Origin: Patescibacteria group bacterium
Lineage (GTDB): Bacteria; Patescibacteriota; Microgenomatia; Daviesbacterales; UBA10151
DNA length: 64,000 nt
Direction: 5' to 3'
Assembly: GCA_943356485.1 (NCBI GenBank)
Contig: CALRFD010000002.1
Coordinates: 37,032 to 101,031 of the forward strand
The notes beneath the pieces were generated by a model that was given only the letters and a program-made list of their open reading frames with translations, had not been told where the DNA came from and did not search any database. The position numbers and the translations under genes were made by a program. Below, in pieces: positions 8,922 to 18,318 of the stretch; within the stretch, counting starts at the first letter, position 1; every line of letters starts with the position of its first letter.

Positions 8922-10781
8922 TTATTTGATCTGGTAAGTTCCTTTAATTAGAGAAAACGAGCCTGAAGGACCTGCAGAAAAATTAGTAGAGGCAAGACCG
9001 CTGTCATAGTTTAAAACGCCGTTATTTCCCAGGCTAATTAACCAGGCAGTGATTTCTTTAAATGAAGCGCCATTTGATAAATTAACTATACCTTTAGGAG
9101 CATAAAGAATTCCGGAAACTGCAGAATTACCTGCATCAACAGCTACCTGGCCACTCTCTGAACCCTCATTACAACTACCGGCTTCTCCGCTTAATGTTGA
9201 ATCAAAGGTAGAAAAAAGCATTAAGTAACTCCCCGGCAAGCCGGATCCTTTTAGATCGCTCCCATTACCCAAAGTTGTTCTCCCATCAACAATAATCTGT
9301 CCGGAATGTGAACCAAACGAGGAGTCTAGAATAAATTTTGTTACATTCCCGCCGGAAATGTTTCCAGTTACCCAAAGAGGTGTTTTAACAGTTACACTGC
9401 ACCCGTTACCTAAAGAGATATTTCCAACAATTTTCCTTGGTCCAAGTGTTAAAATGCAACCATTCCCGCCGGAAATGTTTCCAGTTGTGACGCCTGCTAT
9501 TGCTGCCTGGTCTTTCCAGTCTGCTACATTTGCATCTGAAACCGGGAAAGTACCGGGAGCCGGATCTGCAGAGTTAGGATACTTAACCCCTTTGATGGTA
9601 ACTGAAGATCCAAGGATTTGGTAATAAGCATCCTTATTAATTGTCATACTTCCGGAAATAGTATTGGCATGAACACTACCGGTAACCTTAGATCCACTAG
9701 TTAAACTTAAGGAAGTTACAACCCCTCCCATATAAGTTTTAAAACCTAAATCTCCGGATATAGCAGTCCAGGCAGGATTTTGCGCCCGCCAGTTTGATGA
9801 CCATTTTGGCAAACCTTGAGTATAACCTCCTGCTAAATCATTTGACCAATACCAATAATTCAAACTGTCTAAAGCACCTGTATCAATCATAATCCAGTAA
9901 CTGGTATTTGCGCTAAGCGCGGGGGTTGATGAAAAAGTCACATCTACAAAACTAAACTGACTGGTAGATACCAAGCTGGCTGATAATACTCCTGATGCTA
10001 AGACATTATTTTTATCTGGTTTACCACTATTATCTGCCATAATTCTTACTGTCGGATTTGGAGGATTTCCTATCTTTTTAAGCTTTAAAGAGATTTTATT
10101 TAAATTTCCAGCAAGGGAGGGCTTAAAACTTTGCGCTACATCCAAACGGCTCTCAGCGGAGACGCTTTTTCCAAAAATATAATCCTGGCAATTAACACCG
10201 GCGCAATCTGATTGTTGATCTGCGCTGGGTTGTGCCCCACCTGCAATATAAATATCACCATTAATTGTAGTTAAATTTCCGCCAGTAACATTTCCATTTG
10301 AATAAATAGAACCATTTAGCACTGAACCATTTCCCATACAAAGTCCGCCTTCTCCAATTTGGAGACCATAGTTAAAGGCTACTCCCACCCCATTAGTTGT
10401 TTGAACAGTTATTGTTTTTTTGGATTTGGCATTTGCTTTATTTGGAACATAACCTGTTACTGAAACTATTTTACTCCCGGCATCCTTATTTGCTATCGTC
10501 ACAGAATATGACCCGCTACCTAGACTCGTCTCGATCTCACCATTATATAAACCTCCAGTCTTATTTAGAGAGGCTATTGCTTTATCAACTCCTGCTTCCG
10601 CTACAGCAGTAGCTGATTCAGCCTGATAAGAATACTGGGAGTTCTGAAAATAAACCTGCGCTCCACTAACAATAAATAATACGGTAAATAAAATAACTCC
10701 AAGCGCAACCATAACTAAAAGCAGAATCTGACCTGATGGATTAGCGCTTTGTTTTAAAAAATTCTGAGCCCTCTTAATCAT
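8922..10781 (-). CDS. Large (619 aa) Gly/Asn/Ser-rich pilus-operon protein with a PilX-like N-terminus. Candidate pilus-associated adhesin or tip protein
   Basis: The N-terminus (NPSGQILLLVMVALGVILFTVL...AESATAVAEAGVDKAI) resembles the PilX_N AAEAG motif. The body has repetitive GN.SGGN and NGS stretches that look beta-helix-like. The gene is embedded between the minor pilins and pilM, and overlaps its upstream neighbour by 8 nt. Confidence 0.55.
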   Translation of the reverse strand: MIKRAQNFLKQSANPSGQILLLVMVALGVILFTVLFIVSGAQVYFQNSQYSYQAESATAVAEAGVDKAIASLNKTGGLYNGEIETSLGSGSYSVTIANKDAGSKIVSVTGYVPNKANAKSKKTITVQTTNGVGVAFNYGLQIGEGGLCMGNGSVLNGSIYSNGNVTGGNLTTINGDIYIAGGAQPSADQQSDCAGVNCQDYIFGKSVSAESRLDVAQSFKPSLAGNLNKISLKLKKIGNPPNPTVRIMADNSGKPDKNNVLASGVLSASLVSTSQFSFVDVTFSSTPALSANTSYWIMIDTGALDSLNYWYWSNDLAGGYTQGLPKWSSNWRAQNPAWTAISGDLGFKTYMGGVVTSLSLTSGSKVTGSVHANTISGSMTINKDAYYQILGSSVTIKGVKYPNSADPAPGTFPVSDANVADWKDQAAIAGVTTGNISGGNGCILTLGPRKIVGNISLGNGCSVTVKTPLWVTGNISGGNVTKFILDSSFGSHSGQIIVDGRTTLGNGSDLKGSGLPGSYLMLFSTFDSTLSGEAGSCNEGSESGQVAVDAGNSAVSGILYAPKGIVNLSNGASFKEITAWLISLGNNGVLNYDSGLASTNFSAGPSGSFSLIKGTYQIK

Positions 10782-11340
10782 TTCTTAAATTTGCCTCCGA
10801 TGTAGCGGTATTTGTAACAAAATCTGCGCCGTTTTTTTGTTTTAAGGTCAAGGATATCCTTACCTTATTAGCTAAATTTGGAGCAACGGTCTTTGGAGGA
10901 GAGGAGAGGTCAAAATACTGGAAATTCAAGCTATCTACACTACTTGAGAATATCTGATCCTGAACTTTTCTAAAACTTGCAGCATCTGGGAAAACCTTAA
11001 ATCTTAACTCTTTTTGATTTAAGTAGAAAACAAAAAAGTCGTAGACATTTGAGATAAGGTTATTTGTAGAATCTATTGAGGCTACTTTTAAAACCAGCTG
11101 AGTTGACCCGGATGTATATGTTGTAGACCCAGAGGCATAACTTGCTGCAACAATATTAGATTGCTTAATAGTGCTTCTAATCTTACTTAGCGCGTCATTA
11201 ATATTTAGTCCTTCTGAAAGCTTTGAGGATTCATGATAAAAAAGACCTGCGCTATTAACTATAATCACCAAAAGTAACATACCAACTACTGAAGATAAAC
11301 TGATGGCAATTATTAGTTCAATTAAAGTCACTCCCTTCAT
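10774..11340 (-). CDS. Minor pilin/pseudopilin with a prepilin-type N-terminus
   Basis: MKG|VTLIELIIAISL is a class III signal with E at +5, followed by a hydrophobic helix. Confidence 0.7.
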   Translation of the reverse strand: MKGVTLIELIIAISLSSVVGMLLLVIIVNSAGLFYHESSKLSEGLNINDALSKIRSTIKQSNIVAASYASGSTTYTSGSTQLVLKVASIDSTNNLISNVYDFFVFYLNQKELRFKVFPDAASFRKVQDQIFSSSVDSLNFQYFDLSSPPKTVAPNLANKVRISLTLKQKNGADFVTNTATSEANLRND

Positions 11341-11738
11341 TGATTAATACCTCCTTCACCTATGAGAGTTTTGAGGGTTACTACCTGTGGTTTATTATTA
11401 TCCTTCCAATTTATTGTTACTGTTATTTTTTTAACATGTTCAGAATTTGTACAAATCTGTACGTCACAATCTTCAACGATAACAGTTCCGCTACCAGAGG
11501 GTAAAAGACTTAATCTTGAATCAGAGAGGTTTGAGGTATCATTAACTAGATTTGAATAATTTATGCTTCTTTTATCTTCAATCTGTTTTGCAGCGATCTC
11601 TTTTGCTAAACTTAAGTGACTACTTTTATTAACCAACCCCATCGCATTAGGTAAATTGGCCATTAAAATAACTATTGAACCAACCACTATAGTTACGAGT
11701 AACTGCTCAATTAAAGATGCACCCCGCTGAGTTTGCAT
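11337..11738 (-). CDS. Minor pilin, PilV-like
   Basis: MQTQRG|ASLIEQLLVTIVVGSIVIL prepilin motif. 4-nt ATGA overlap with the downstream gene. Confidence 0.65.
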   Translation of the reverse strand: MQTQRGASLIEQLLVTIVVGSIVILMANLPNAMGLVNKSSHLSLAKEIAAKQIEDKRSINYSNLVNDTSNLSDSRLSLLPSGSGTVIVEDCDVQICTNSEHVKKITVTINWKDNNKPQVVTLKTLIGEGGINQ

Positions 11739-11743
11739 TTTAA

Positions 11744-12634
11744 TTATTTCTTGATCTCTCCATTTGAGAATAAAGCATAGTCAAAAAAAGTAGGAATAGC
11801 TTTAAAGCTTTGGAAAACCTTAACCTTTCTTTGAACCTCACCTGCAGTACCTGTTGAAGTTAAAATCTTATACTGAGGCGGCAGAGAACAGTCTCTCCCA
11901 CATGTCCCGCTTGCCAGAACTGCAATTGGTTGGGAGGTTATATTATAGAGAAGTCTGACTCTAAGCATGATTAGGTTCGAAGGTAGATTTCCTAAGAGGA
12001 CATAGCATTGATAAGTTGTTGTAAAACCTTCAGGCTTATACCCAGCACAATTTTGAACCTGATCAAAATTATTTGCAGGCGTCCTAACAACCTGATCAAG
12101 ATACCATTTCCGGCTTACATAACTTGTGCCATTATAATAAATAAGAGTTAGTTCCAGGGCGGCTTTATCAGAACTTGAAGAACCCCAGTAAACAGAAAGG
12201 GTAGATTGCTTATAACAAACAGGGACGTGTTTAGTTGCATCAATTGCGCTACACCCGGGCAATACAACATTGGGATCAGGATCTGCTAACCATATTTGAC
12301 CTACTTCTTCTTTAGCCAACGGAGGATACTCTAAAGGTTTCTGTTGCGTTTGACTGGGAGGAAGTGCCGGGATACTTCCGCTATCTTCAAGGCTGGTTAT
12401 CTGCGAATTATTTTCAGTAAAAGTTTTTGTAGTCATATCCCCATTCAGGCCTTTTTCAATTCCTGCCTCAGCTGCAGAGAAAGCCCGCTGGGAATCTTCC
12501 ACCTTAGTAGCTGTTGAGACATCAGTCAAACTTTTCTGCACAACTGATAGTCCTATTGCTAGCGCTACTGTCATAACTAATATCAGCGTTAAAAGAACTT
12601 GTCCATCTTTATTTAAAATGTATTGTCTTAACAT
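11744..12634 (-). CDS. PilX-like pilus assembly protein
   Basis: N-terminal TM helix followed by QRAFSAAEAGIEKGL, the PilX_N signature (AF.AAEAG.E). Confidence 0.6.
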   Translation of the reverse strand: MLRQYILNKDGQVLLTLILVMTVALAIGLSVVQKSLTDVSTATKVEDSQRAFSAAEAGIEKGLNGDMTTKTFTENNSQITSLEDSGSIPALPPSQTQQKPLEYPPLAKEEVGQIWLADPDPNVVLPGCSAIDATKHVPVCYKQSTLSVYWGSSSSDKAALELTLIYYNGTSYVSRKWYLDQVVRTPANNFDQVQNCAGYKPEGFTTTYQCYVLLGNLPSNLIMLRVRLLYNITSQPIAVLASGTCGRDCSLPPQYKILTSTGTAGEVQRKVKVFQSFKAIPTFFDYALFSNGEIKK

Positions 12635-12674
12635 TATTTTATTGTCAGTTTTATATTGCTAAATGTCAATTGCT

Positions 12675-13265
12675 TCATCTTGGTTCTATTGTTGTTTTAA
12701 AAGTAACTGGTTCAATCTGACCTGCAACAGCAGCAGGAGCCTGCACACCCGACCGCAGAACAAATTCAATCGTAATAATATCCTTAAATCCAGCCTGGGC
12801 TGTTTTTGTAAAAGATCCAGATATCAAGTTTACTCCTGTTTGAGTATTTGTATCAGAGAGAGTTTGAGGCGCAACTAGAAGGTCAGCGGAATTACAAATG
12901 TTACTCATAAATATACTGCTTTCTACTCCGAGTTGCTGCGGGTTATCCGAGGAGACCTTCCCATTACTTAATCCTGAGCTATCTATTACAAATCTATACC
13001 TGGTATAAAGTCCATTTTTAACAACTACGATAGTGTGGTGATCCTGAGAGATACAAAAAATATTATCGGCGTTTCTGATACTGTTATTCATAGTCTCTAA
13101 AATTGACTGACCGTTTTGCTTAATAGAAGAAATTATTTGTGTTTTGTTAGTTCCCCGCAGGGTTCTGGTAAAAATAGTGACAACCAAAACCCCTAAAATA
13201 GCGAGTACCACTATAACTACCAGCATCTCAACCAATGTTGAACCCGCATTTGATAACTTCTTCAT
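12675..13265 (-). CDS. Pilin-like protein with a prepilin N-terminus
   Basis: MKKLSNAG|STLVEMLVVIVVLAILGVL. Confidence 0.7.
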   Translation of the reverse strand: MKKLSNAGSTLVEMLVVIVVLAILGVLVVTIFTRTLRGTNKTQIISSIKQNGQSILETMNNSIRNADNIFCISQDHHTIVVVKNGLYTRYRFVIDSSGLSNGKVSSDNPQQLGVESSIFMSNICNSADLLVAPQTLSDTNTQTGVNLISGSFTKTAQAGFKDIITIEFVLRSGVQAPAAVAGQIEPVTFKTTIEPR

Positions 13266-13864
13266 AGTTTTCCTAAAATAGTTGTTAATTTTGACTCATG
13301 AAATCCGGAAAAATCATTCCAGGCCACAATCACAGTTACGGTCTTTTGAGTTTTAAAAGAATCATTCTCAGAATAGTCAGAAAGAATAACCATTCTTTTA
13401 AAAGAGCTACCAACTTCTTCTACATTTGGCGGATACTTCATATCCTTCTTAGGAGAGTATGATGTCAGATACTCTAATATTCCATCATTTTTGATATTGA
13501 AATAGCAGTATGTCGGCGAACTACCCTGAATATCAGAATCTCCACAATGACCACCACCAATCCGGTAATCCCATATTGAACCTGATAAGTTATTGCAATC
13601 TATACTGCTGTTATTTCCATCCCAGGAGTTAACCTGGGTACCAAGAGAATCTAGATTCTTAATACATTGATTTCTATCCCGGCCTATTCTCACCTTTTCA
13701 ATTCCATCCTGAGCTAACTTTGTTGCTTGCGCCTGATTTGTGGCAAACTGGGCATTCCTTAAAGCAGAAATTGTAGCAAAGGTAAGTGCACCCACAATTA
13801 GGACTGTCACTGTAATTACCACAATCAACTCTATTAAGCTTTGACCCCTTTCAGTTAATATCAA
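13262..13864 (-). CDS. Pilin-like protein with a prepilin N-terminus
   Basis: MILTERG|QSLIELIVVITVTVLIVG. 4-nt overlap with the downstream gene. Confidence 0.7.
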   Translation of the reverse strand: MILTERGQSLIELIVVITVTVLIVGALTFATISALRNAQFATNQAQATKLAQDGIEKVRIGRDRNQCIKNLDSLGTQVNSWDGNNSSIDCNNLSGSIWDYRIGGGHCGDSDIQGSSPTYCYFNIKNDGILEYLTSYSPKKDMKYPPNVEEVGSSFKRMVILSDYSENDSFKTQKTVTVIVAWNDFSGFHESKLTTILGKL

Positions 13865-14432
13865 TCGAACCTCCTTTATTTATGGTTACTGACTTTGTGT
13901 CTTCGCTCTCAGATTTCTTTATTAAGTTAATAACCATATCGCTAGTTTGTAAAAAACATTGTTGAGTAGAATCCTCATCCTCAAATGACACCTTACCTTC
14001 AAGATAAGAAAAAGTTACTTTAATGAGCTTACTGATCACAGCATCACCTGCAGTAAAGGATGAAGGACAGCTAGCGCAACCACCTGAGCCGCAGATAGAA
14101 GAAATCAGAGCAGGGGAGTGAATAGTCCAGGTTCTTACATAAGCATCTTGTGTTTCACAAACTAAGTTGACAGTATTCCGACCGGAAATAACTATCGACC
14201 AGGAAGCCCCTCCATGGCCACCACATCGTACCCCTGAGGTTGCATTAGTTTGAGCTAGCCTAATATAACTTTGAACGTCAAATGCCACATTTTTAAGATT
14301 AGCATCCTCACCAAAAGAGCGAAGGTTAACAAAAACAACTACTGAGAGGATCGCCATAATCGAGATAACCACCATCAACTCTATTATGGTGAAGGCCTTT
14401 TGGGTCAGTAATTTGTTTTTGGCAGTTAACAT
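13851..14432 (-). CDS. Pilin-like protein with Ala at the predicted -1 cleavage position
   Basis: ...LTQKA|FTIIELMVVISIMAILS is a consensus prepilin helix with E at +5, but A replaces the usual G at -1. Confidence 0.6.
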   Translation of the reverse strand: MLTAKNKLLTQKAFTIIELMVVISIMAILSVVVFVNLRSFGEDANLKNVAFDVQSYIRLAQTNATSGVRCGGHGGASWSIVISGRNTVNLVCETQDAYVRTWTIHSPALISSICGSGGCASCPSSFTAGDAVISKLIKVTFSYLEGKVSFEDEDSTQQCFLQTSDMVINLIKKSESEDTKSVTINKGGSIDIN

Positions 14433-14483
14433 TTTAGGAGCTATTACATTGTCAATTGTGGATTGTTAATTGTCAAATGCTTT

Positions 14484-14987
14484 TTACGGTTTTGCTAGGC
14501 CAAAGTTATGTTTGGTGTCAGCAAAACTACTACAGCTTTGGTCGCCAGTTTGAGGAGTAGATAACTTGGCATAAAGGCAATAATCAATACAACTTCCCGG
14601 GTTGTCAGCTGTACAACCAGCGCCTTTTGGAGTATACAAATACCCGCTATCACCGCTAAACCTCGGGTCTTTTGGAATTTTACCGAGATAAGTTTTACCC
14701 TCATCCGGAGAATTTAAAGAACTACCTGATTTTACTAAATCAGAAGAAGGTGGATAATAATGCTGGTCTGCTCGGTACTGCTCAAGTGCGGATTGAATAA
14801 ACCTTAAATCAGAGACTCTTTGCGCATCCTCCGCCTTATCAATAAATATCCTGTAATTAATCAACCCGATAGCCATCAATATCCCGATAATAGACACAAC
14901 TATCAAAAGCTCAATAAGGGTAAATGCTTTAGAATTTCTAAATAATATTTGTTTAACAATACATTTACTCCAAACTAAAATGGGCAT
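14484..14987 (-). CDS. GspG/PulG-like pseudopilin with Ala at the predicted -1 position
   Basis: ...NSKA|FTLIELLIVVSIIGILMAIGLINYRIFIDKAEDAQRVSDLRFIQSALEQYRADQHYYP matches the T2SS-G family pattern (..AIP.Y...KAK...SDLR....AL..Y..D.G.YP). The 21-aa leader is unusually long, so the true start may be a non-ATG codon further in. Confidence 0.6.
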   Translation of the reverse strand: MPILVWSKCIVKQILFRNSKAFTLIELLIVVSIIGILMAIGLINYRIFIDKAEDAQRVSDLRFIQSALEQYRADQHYYPPSSDLVKSGSSLNSPDEGKTYLGKIPKDPRFSGDSGYLYTPKGAGCTADNPGSCIDYCLYAKLSTPQTGDQSCSSFADTKHNFGLAKP

Positions 14988-15043
14988 AATTTTATGGTAG
15001 AGGTTCTTATATTAACTGTCAACCAACTAAAATATCTTAATGA

Positions 15044-15475
15044 TTATTGTGAATTCTTCTTGCAATAGTAGGTAGCGGCAGCCCCAGTAGCTCCAGTAGT
15101 CCCAGCATCTGAATAATTTCCATTAGCATTTTCCAATTTAGCACAAACAACAAAACTTCCAGCAGCAGCACTAGGAAGAGTATAGGGATTAGCAACATCA
15201 GGATCTGTTGGTATGGCTCCCGCAGCAAACCAGGTTTTATCAAGAACGGGATATACTGCAGTTGCAGCCGCAGCTGGATTGTAATGCGCCTCTAAAGCAT
15301 TAGCTATTGAGTCTACATCTCCTTTACGTCTTGCGTCTCTTGCGTTCTTTTGTACACCTGTATAAACAGTAACACCAATAACAGATAAAACAGCGATGAT
15401 TGTTATAACAATCATCAACTCAATAAGGGTAAAACCAGAGGTATTATTTTTAGTTTTGGGCAGAAACTTTTTCAT
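15044..15475 (-). CDS. Type IV pilin, candidate major subunit
   Basis: MKKFLPKTKNNTSG|FTLIELMIVITIIAVLSVIG is the canonical GFTLIEL motif. Small at 143 aa. A perfect TTGACA lies upstream. Confidence 0.75.
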   Translation of the reverse strand: MKKFLPKTKNNTSGFTLIELMIVITIIAVLSVIGVTVYTGVQKNARDARRKGDVDSIANALEAHYNPAAAATAVYPVLDKTWFAAGAIPTDPDVANPYTLPSAAAGSFVVCAKLENANGNYSDAGTTGATGAAATYYCKKNSQ

Positions 15476-15539
15476 GTATTTTAAGTTATAAATTATTATT
15501 CACATATTACAAAAACCTTGTCAAGGGAGTAATATAGCT

Positions 15540-16430
15540 TCAAATTCGTAGGCTAAGATACCAGTTTAAGATTTTGTCTCCCCAAAATAAGACCATCAAA
15601 CTTCCCAGAACTAAAAAAGGCCCAAAGGGGATTGATTGACCAAAATGTTTTTTACCAAAGATAATTAAAAAGATTGAAAACACTGCCCCGGTTAGAAAAG
15701 ATAGAAAAATTGCAATTAAGGAGTTTGGAAATCCTAACATTAACCCAATAAATGCTCCTAACTTAACATCGCCTCCACCCATTCCTTTACCTTTTGTAAT
15801 AATAATCAAGCTCATGAAAAACCCTCCGATGAGGGCAGCCATTAAAATACCGGTTAAAAAAGGTTCTGCCGTATAAAAAGCATGCCTTAGAAAAAAATCA
15901 GAGTGGGGAGGGAGTAATAACTTTCCAACAACCGTTTGATTAAGATAATAGTAAAGATAGAGAACTTTTATAATAGTAATAGCAGTTATAAAAGTTATAC
16001 CAATCCGGATTGCAGGCAAAATTATCCTATCCGGGATAAACATCTTCTTAATATCTGTTAAAAACACAACCGACAGGATTGTGACAAAAAAAGTTTTAAA
16101 TATAAGATCAAACAGGAAGCTTAAGAACTTAAAATTATAAATTGATTGTAAATTAACAGAGGTTTGGTAAAACAAAAATCCTATTAATAATCCTGTTGCC
16201 ACCTCCATTAATAAATATTCAATAGAAAGCTTCTTATGACAGTTCTTGCACCTTGCCTTTAGTAAAATATAGGAAATAACTGGAAAAAGGTCGTACCATT
16301 TTATTGTTTTTTTGCAATATGTACAGTACGACCTTCCCCAAAACGACTGCTTTGACAAACTTCTATCAGCTAGAACCTTTATAAAACTCCCTAGCACCAA
16401 TCCCAGTAAAAATCCAGCTAATCCTATCAT
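15540..16430 (-). CDS. pilD: Prepilin peptidase (A24 family)
   Basis: Multi-TM protein with the cytoplasmic tetra-Cys motif CTYCKKTI...CKNCHKKL and the A24 peptidase body. Confidence 0.85.
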   Translation of the reverse strand: MIGLAGFLLGLVLGSFIKVLADRSLSKQSFWGRSYCTYCKKTIKWYDLFPVISYILLKARCKNCHKKLSIEYLLMEVATGLLIGFLFYQTSVNLQSIYNFKFLSFLFDLIFKTFFVTILSVVFLTDIKKMFIPDRIILPAIRIGITFITAITIIKVLYLYYYLNQTVVGKLLLPPHSDFFLRHAFYTAEPFLTGILMAALIGGFFMSLIIITKGKGMGGGDVKLGAFIGLMLGFPNSLIAIFLSFLTGAVFSIFLIIFGKKHFGQSIPFGPFLVLGSLMVLFWGDKILNWYLSLRI

Positions 16431-16993
16431 TAATAAGTACAGCTTCCTCCTGATGCAGCAATTAATTGCAAGTTAGACCCAACTTCATATCGACCAGTTG
16501 TATCGAGAGCGTTTTCGTTTCCGCCATCGTTAGCCATCTTGGCTTTTTGCTGATCTGATTCCAAAACAGTATCTATTTCCCATGTATCATTGTTTGCACA
16601 ATAAGTGTAATGGTAAGTAGTATCATTAATTGGATCAACCGGAAGAGTTGGAATTGATACGCTCTTTTGAGAAGAGAGATCGGTCTTTACCCAACCAGTA
16701 CCATCCGCAGTTCTAGTGCCTACGTTAGAAGATCCGTTACATGGGTATGCACCGGACTGCTTACAAAGTACAGCTACAGTTCCTGAGCCGGTAGATTCTT
16801 GCACGCCAACAGTAATAGCGTTTTGCAAATTTGCAAGATCAGAAAGCCTTGCAGCATCTCTTCCTCTTCTTGTTAACTCAAGAGGGTTAATAATCAAAAC
16901 TACAACTGCTGCCAAAATCGCAATAATTGCTATAACAACTAAAAGTTCAACTAAAGTAAAACCTTTTGTTTGAACTTGAGCAGGTTTTTTCAA
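16430..16993 (-). CDS. Type IV pilin, second candidate major subunit
   Basis: MKKPAQVQTKG|FTLVELLVVIAIIAILAAV. The start codon is TTG (16991-16993), preceded by a strong SD (aaaggaggtgaa) and a sigma70-like promoter. Confidence 0.75.
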   Translation of the reverse strand: MKKPAQVQTKGFTLVELLVVIAIIAILAAVVVLIINPLELTRRGRDAARLSDLANLQNAITVGVQESTGSGTVAVLCKQSGAYPCNGSSNVGTRTADGTGWVKTDLSSQKSVSIPTLPVDPINDTTYHYTYCANNDTWEIDTVLESDQQKAKMANDGGNENALDTTGRYEVGSNLQLIAASGGSCTY

Positions 16994-17098
16994 AGTAATT
17001 CACCTCCTTTCAAAATGAATAGTGTATTTTTTAGCACATATTCATTGTATCCATAACTCTATAAGTTTAGTCAATATCCTACTTTCAGACCCTGATCA

Positions 17099-18301
17099 CT
17101 AAAAAGAGGTGGTAAGTTTGTAAATAGGCAGGATTATGGAAATAACCAGAAAAGCAACCCCAATCCCAAGAATAATTAAAATAATAGGTTCTATGGCAAC
17201 AGTTAGATTCTTTACTAAATGATCAGACTCTGATTCAAAGTATTCTGCTAATTTGAAAAAAATCTCGTCTACTTTTCCTGTTTCTTCTCCCACCCGAACC
17301 ATTTGACTGACAATTTTAGGAAAAGCTTTACCTGACAAAAGTGAAGAGAAAGGCAACCCCTTCTCAACCCCGGCGTAGGCTTCTTTTAAAGAGTTTCTAT
17401 AAACCGGATTATCTGTCAGATCCGAAACAATCCCAATAGACTCGAGAAGCGGAATACCGGCAGAGGTCAAAAGACCAAAAGTACGATTAAAATTAGTCAG
17501 GGTTACATTTGAGATTATCTTACCCACCAAAGGAGCTTTAAGTAAAAGATTACCTAAAAAGTAGTTACCTTCAGGAGTTTTATTCCACTTATTTATACCT
17601 ACAATAATCCCAACAATTAAAATTATCATTAACCACCAAAAATGTATGAATATGTTTGAGGTTGCAATTAAGATCTTTGTAGGCAAAGGCAAATCAATCG
17701 TTGATTGTTGGTATAAAGTAACCAATTTTGGTATAACAAATACCATCATAATTATGACTACAACCACCATCATAGATATAACCACAACCGGATAAATAAG
17801 CGCCCCTTTAACTCTAGCCTGAAACTCTCTGTCCTTTTCCAATCCATCAGCCATCTGTATAAGAACCTTATCCAACTTTCCGGAAGCTTCTCCGCTTTTT
17901 ATTAAATTTACATAAAGGCGGGGAAATATATTTGGATATTTGCCCATAGATTGGGCTAGTGTTAAACCGCCTTTTATATCTTGTGATACCTCATCCAGTG
18001 CTTTTTTTAAAGTCGGATTAGTTTGCTGCTCAACCAAAATATCTATAGCTTCAGATAAAACTAAACCTGCCGAAACCATCGTTGCCAACTGGCGCGTAAC
18101 GATTACCAACTCTGTAAAACTTACCCTATTAAAAAATTTTCCTAAAAAAGAGTTATCCTGGGTTTTTTTTGCATCTATTGAGATAACAATCAAGCCTTTC
18201 TTACGTAAAATTGCAACAGCAGAATGGATATCCGGTGTTTGAACTGATCCGCTGTGATCAACCCCTTCACTATCCTTTGCTTTGTAATTAAATTCCGCCA
18301 T
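17099..18301 (-). CDS. pilC: Type IV pilus inner-membrane platform protein (GspF family)
   Basis: 400 aa containing two GspF-type domains and three TM helices, sitting between pilT and the pilin genes. Confidence 0.85.
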   Translation of the reverse strand: MAEFNYKAKDSEGVDHSGSVQTPDIHSAVAILRKKGLIVISIDAKKTQDNSFLGKFFNRVSFTELVIVTRQLATMVSAGLVLSEAIDILVEQQTNPTLKKALDEVSQDIKGGLTLAQSMGKYPNIFPRLYVNLIKSGEASGKLDKVLIQMADGLEKDREFQARVKGALIYPVVVISMMVVVVIIMMVFVIPKLVTLYQQSTIDLPLPTKILIATSNIFIHFWWLMIILIVGIIVGINKWNKTPEGNYFLGNLLLKAPLVGKIISNVTLTNFNRTFGLLTSAGIPLLESIGIVSDLTDNPVYRNSLKEAYAGVEKGLPFSSLLSGKAFPKIVSQMVRVGEETGKVDEIFFKLAEYFESESDHLVKNLTVAIEPIILIILGIGVAFLVISIILPIYKLTTSF

Positions 18302-18318
18302 ATTTTAACTTATTAATT

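Noticed and set aside
9358-9624. Plus-strand ORFs inside minus-strand pilus genes (9358-9624, 10397-10612, 11362-11559, 16716-16973, 17940-18242)
   Set aside because: They are embedded antisense in well-supported genes and have no start signals.
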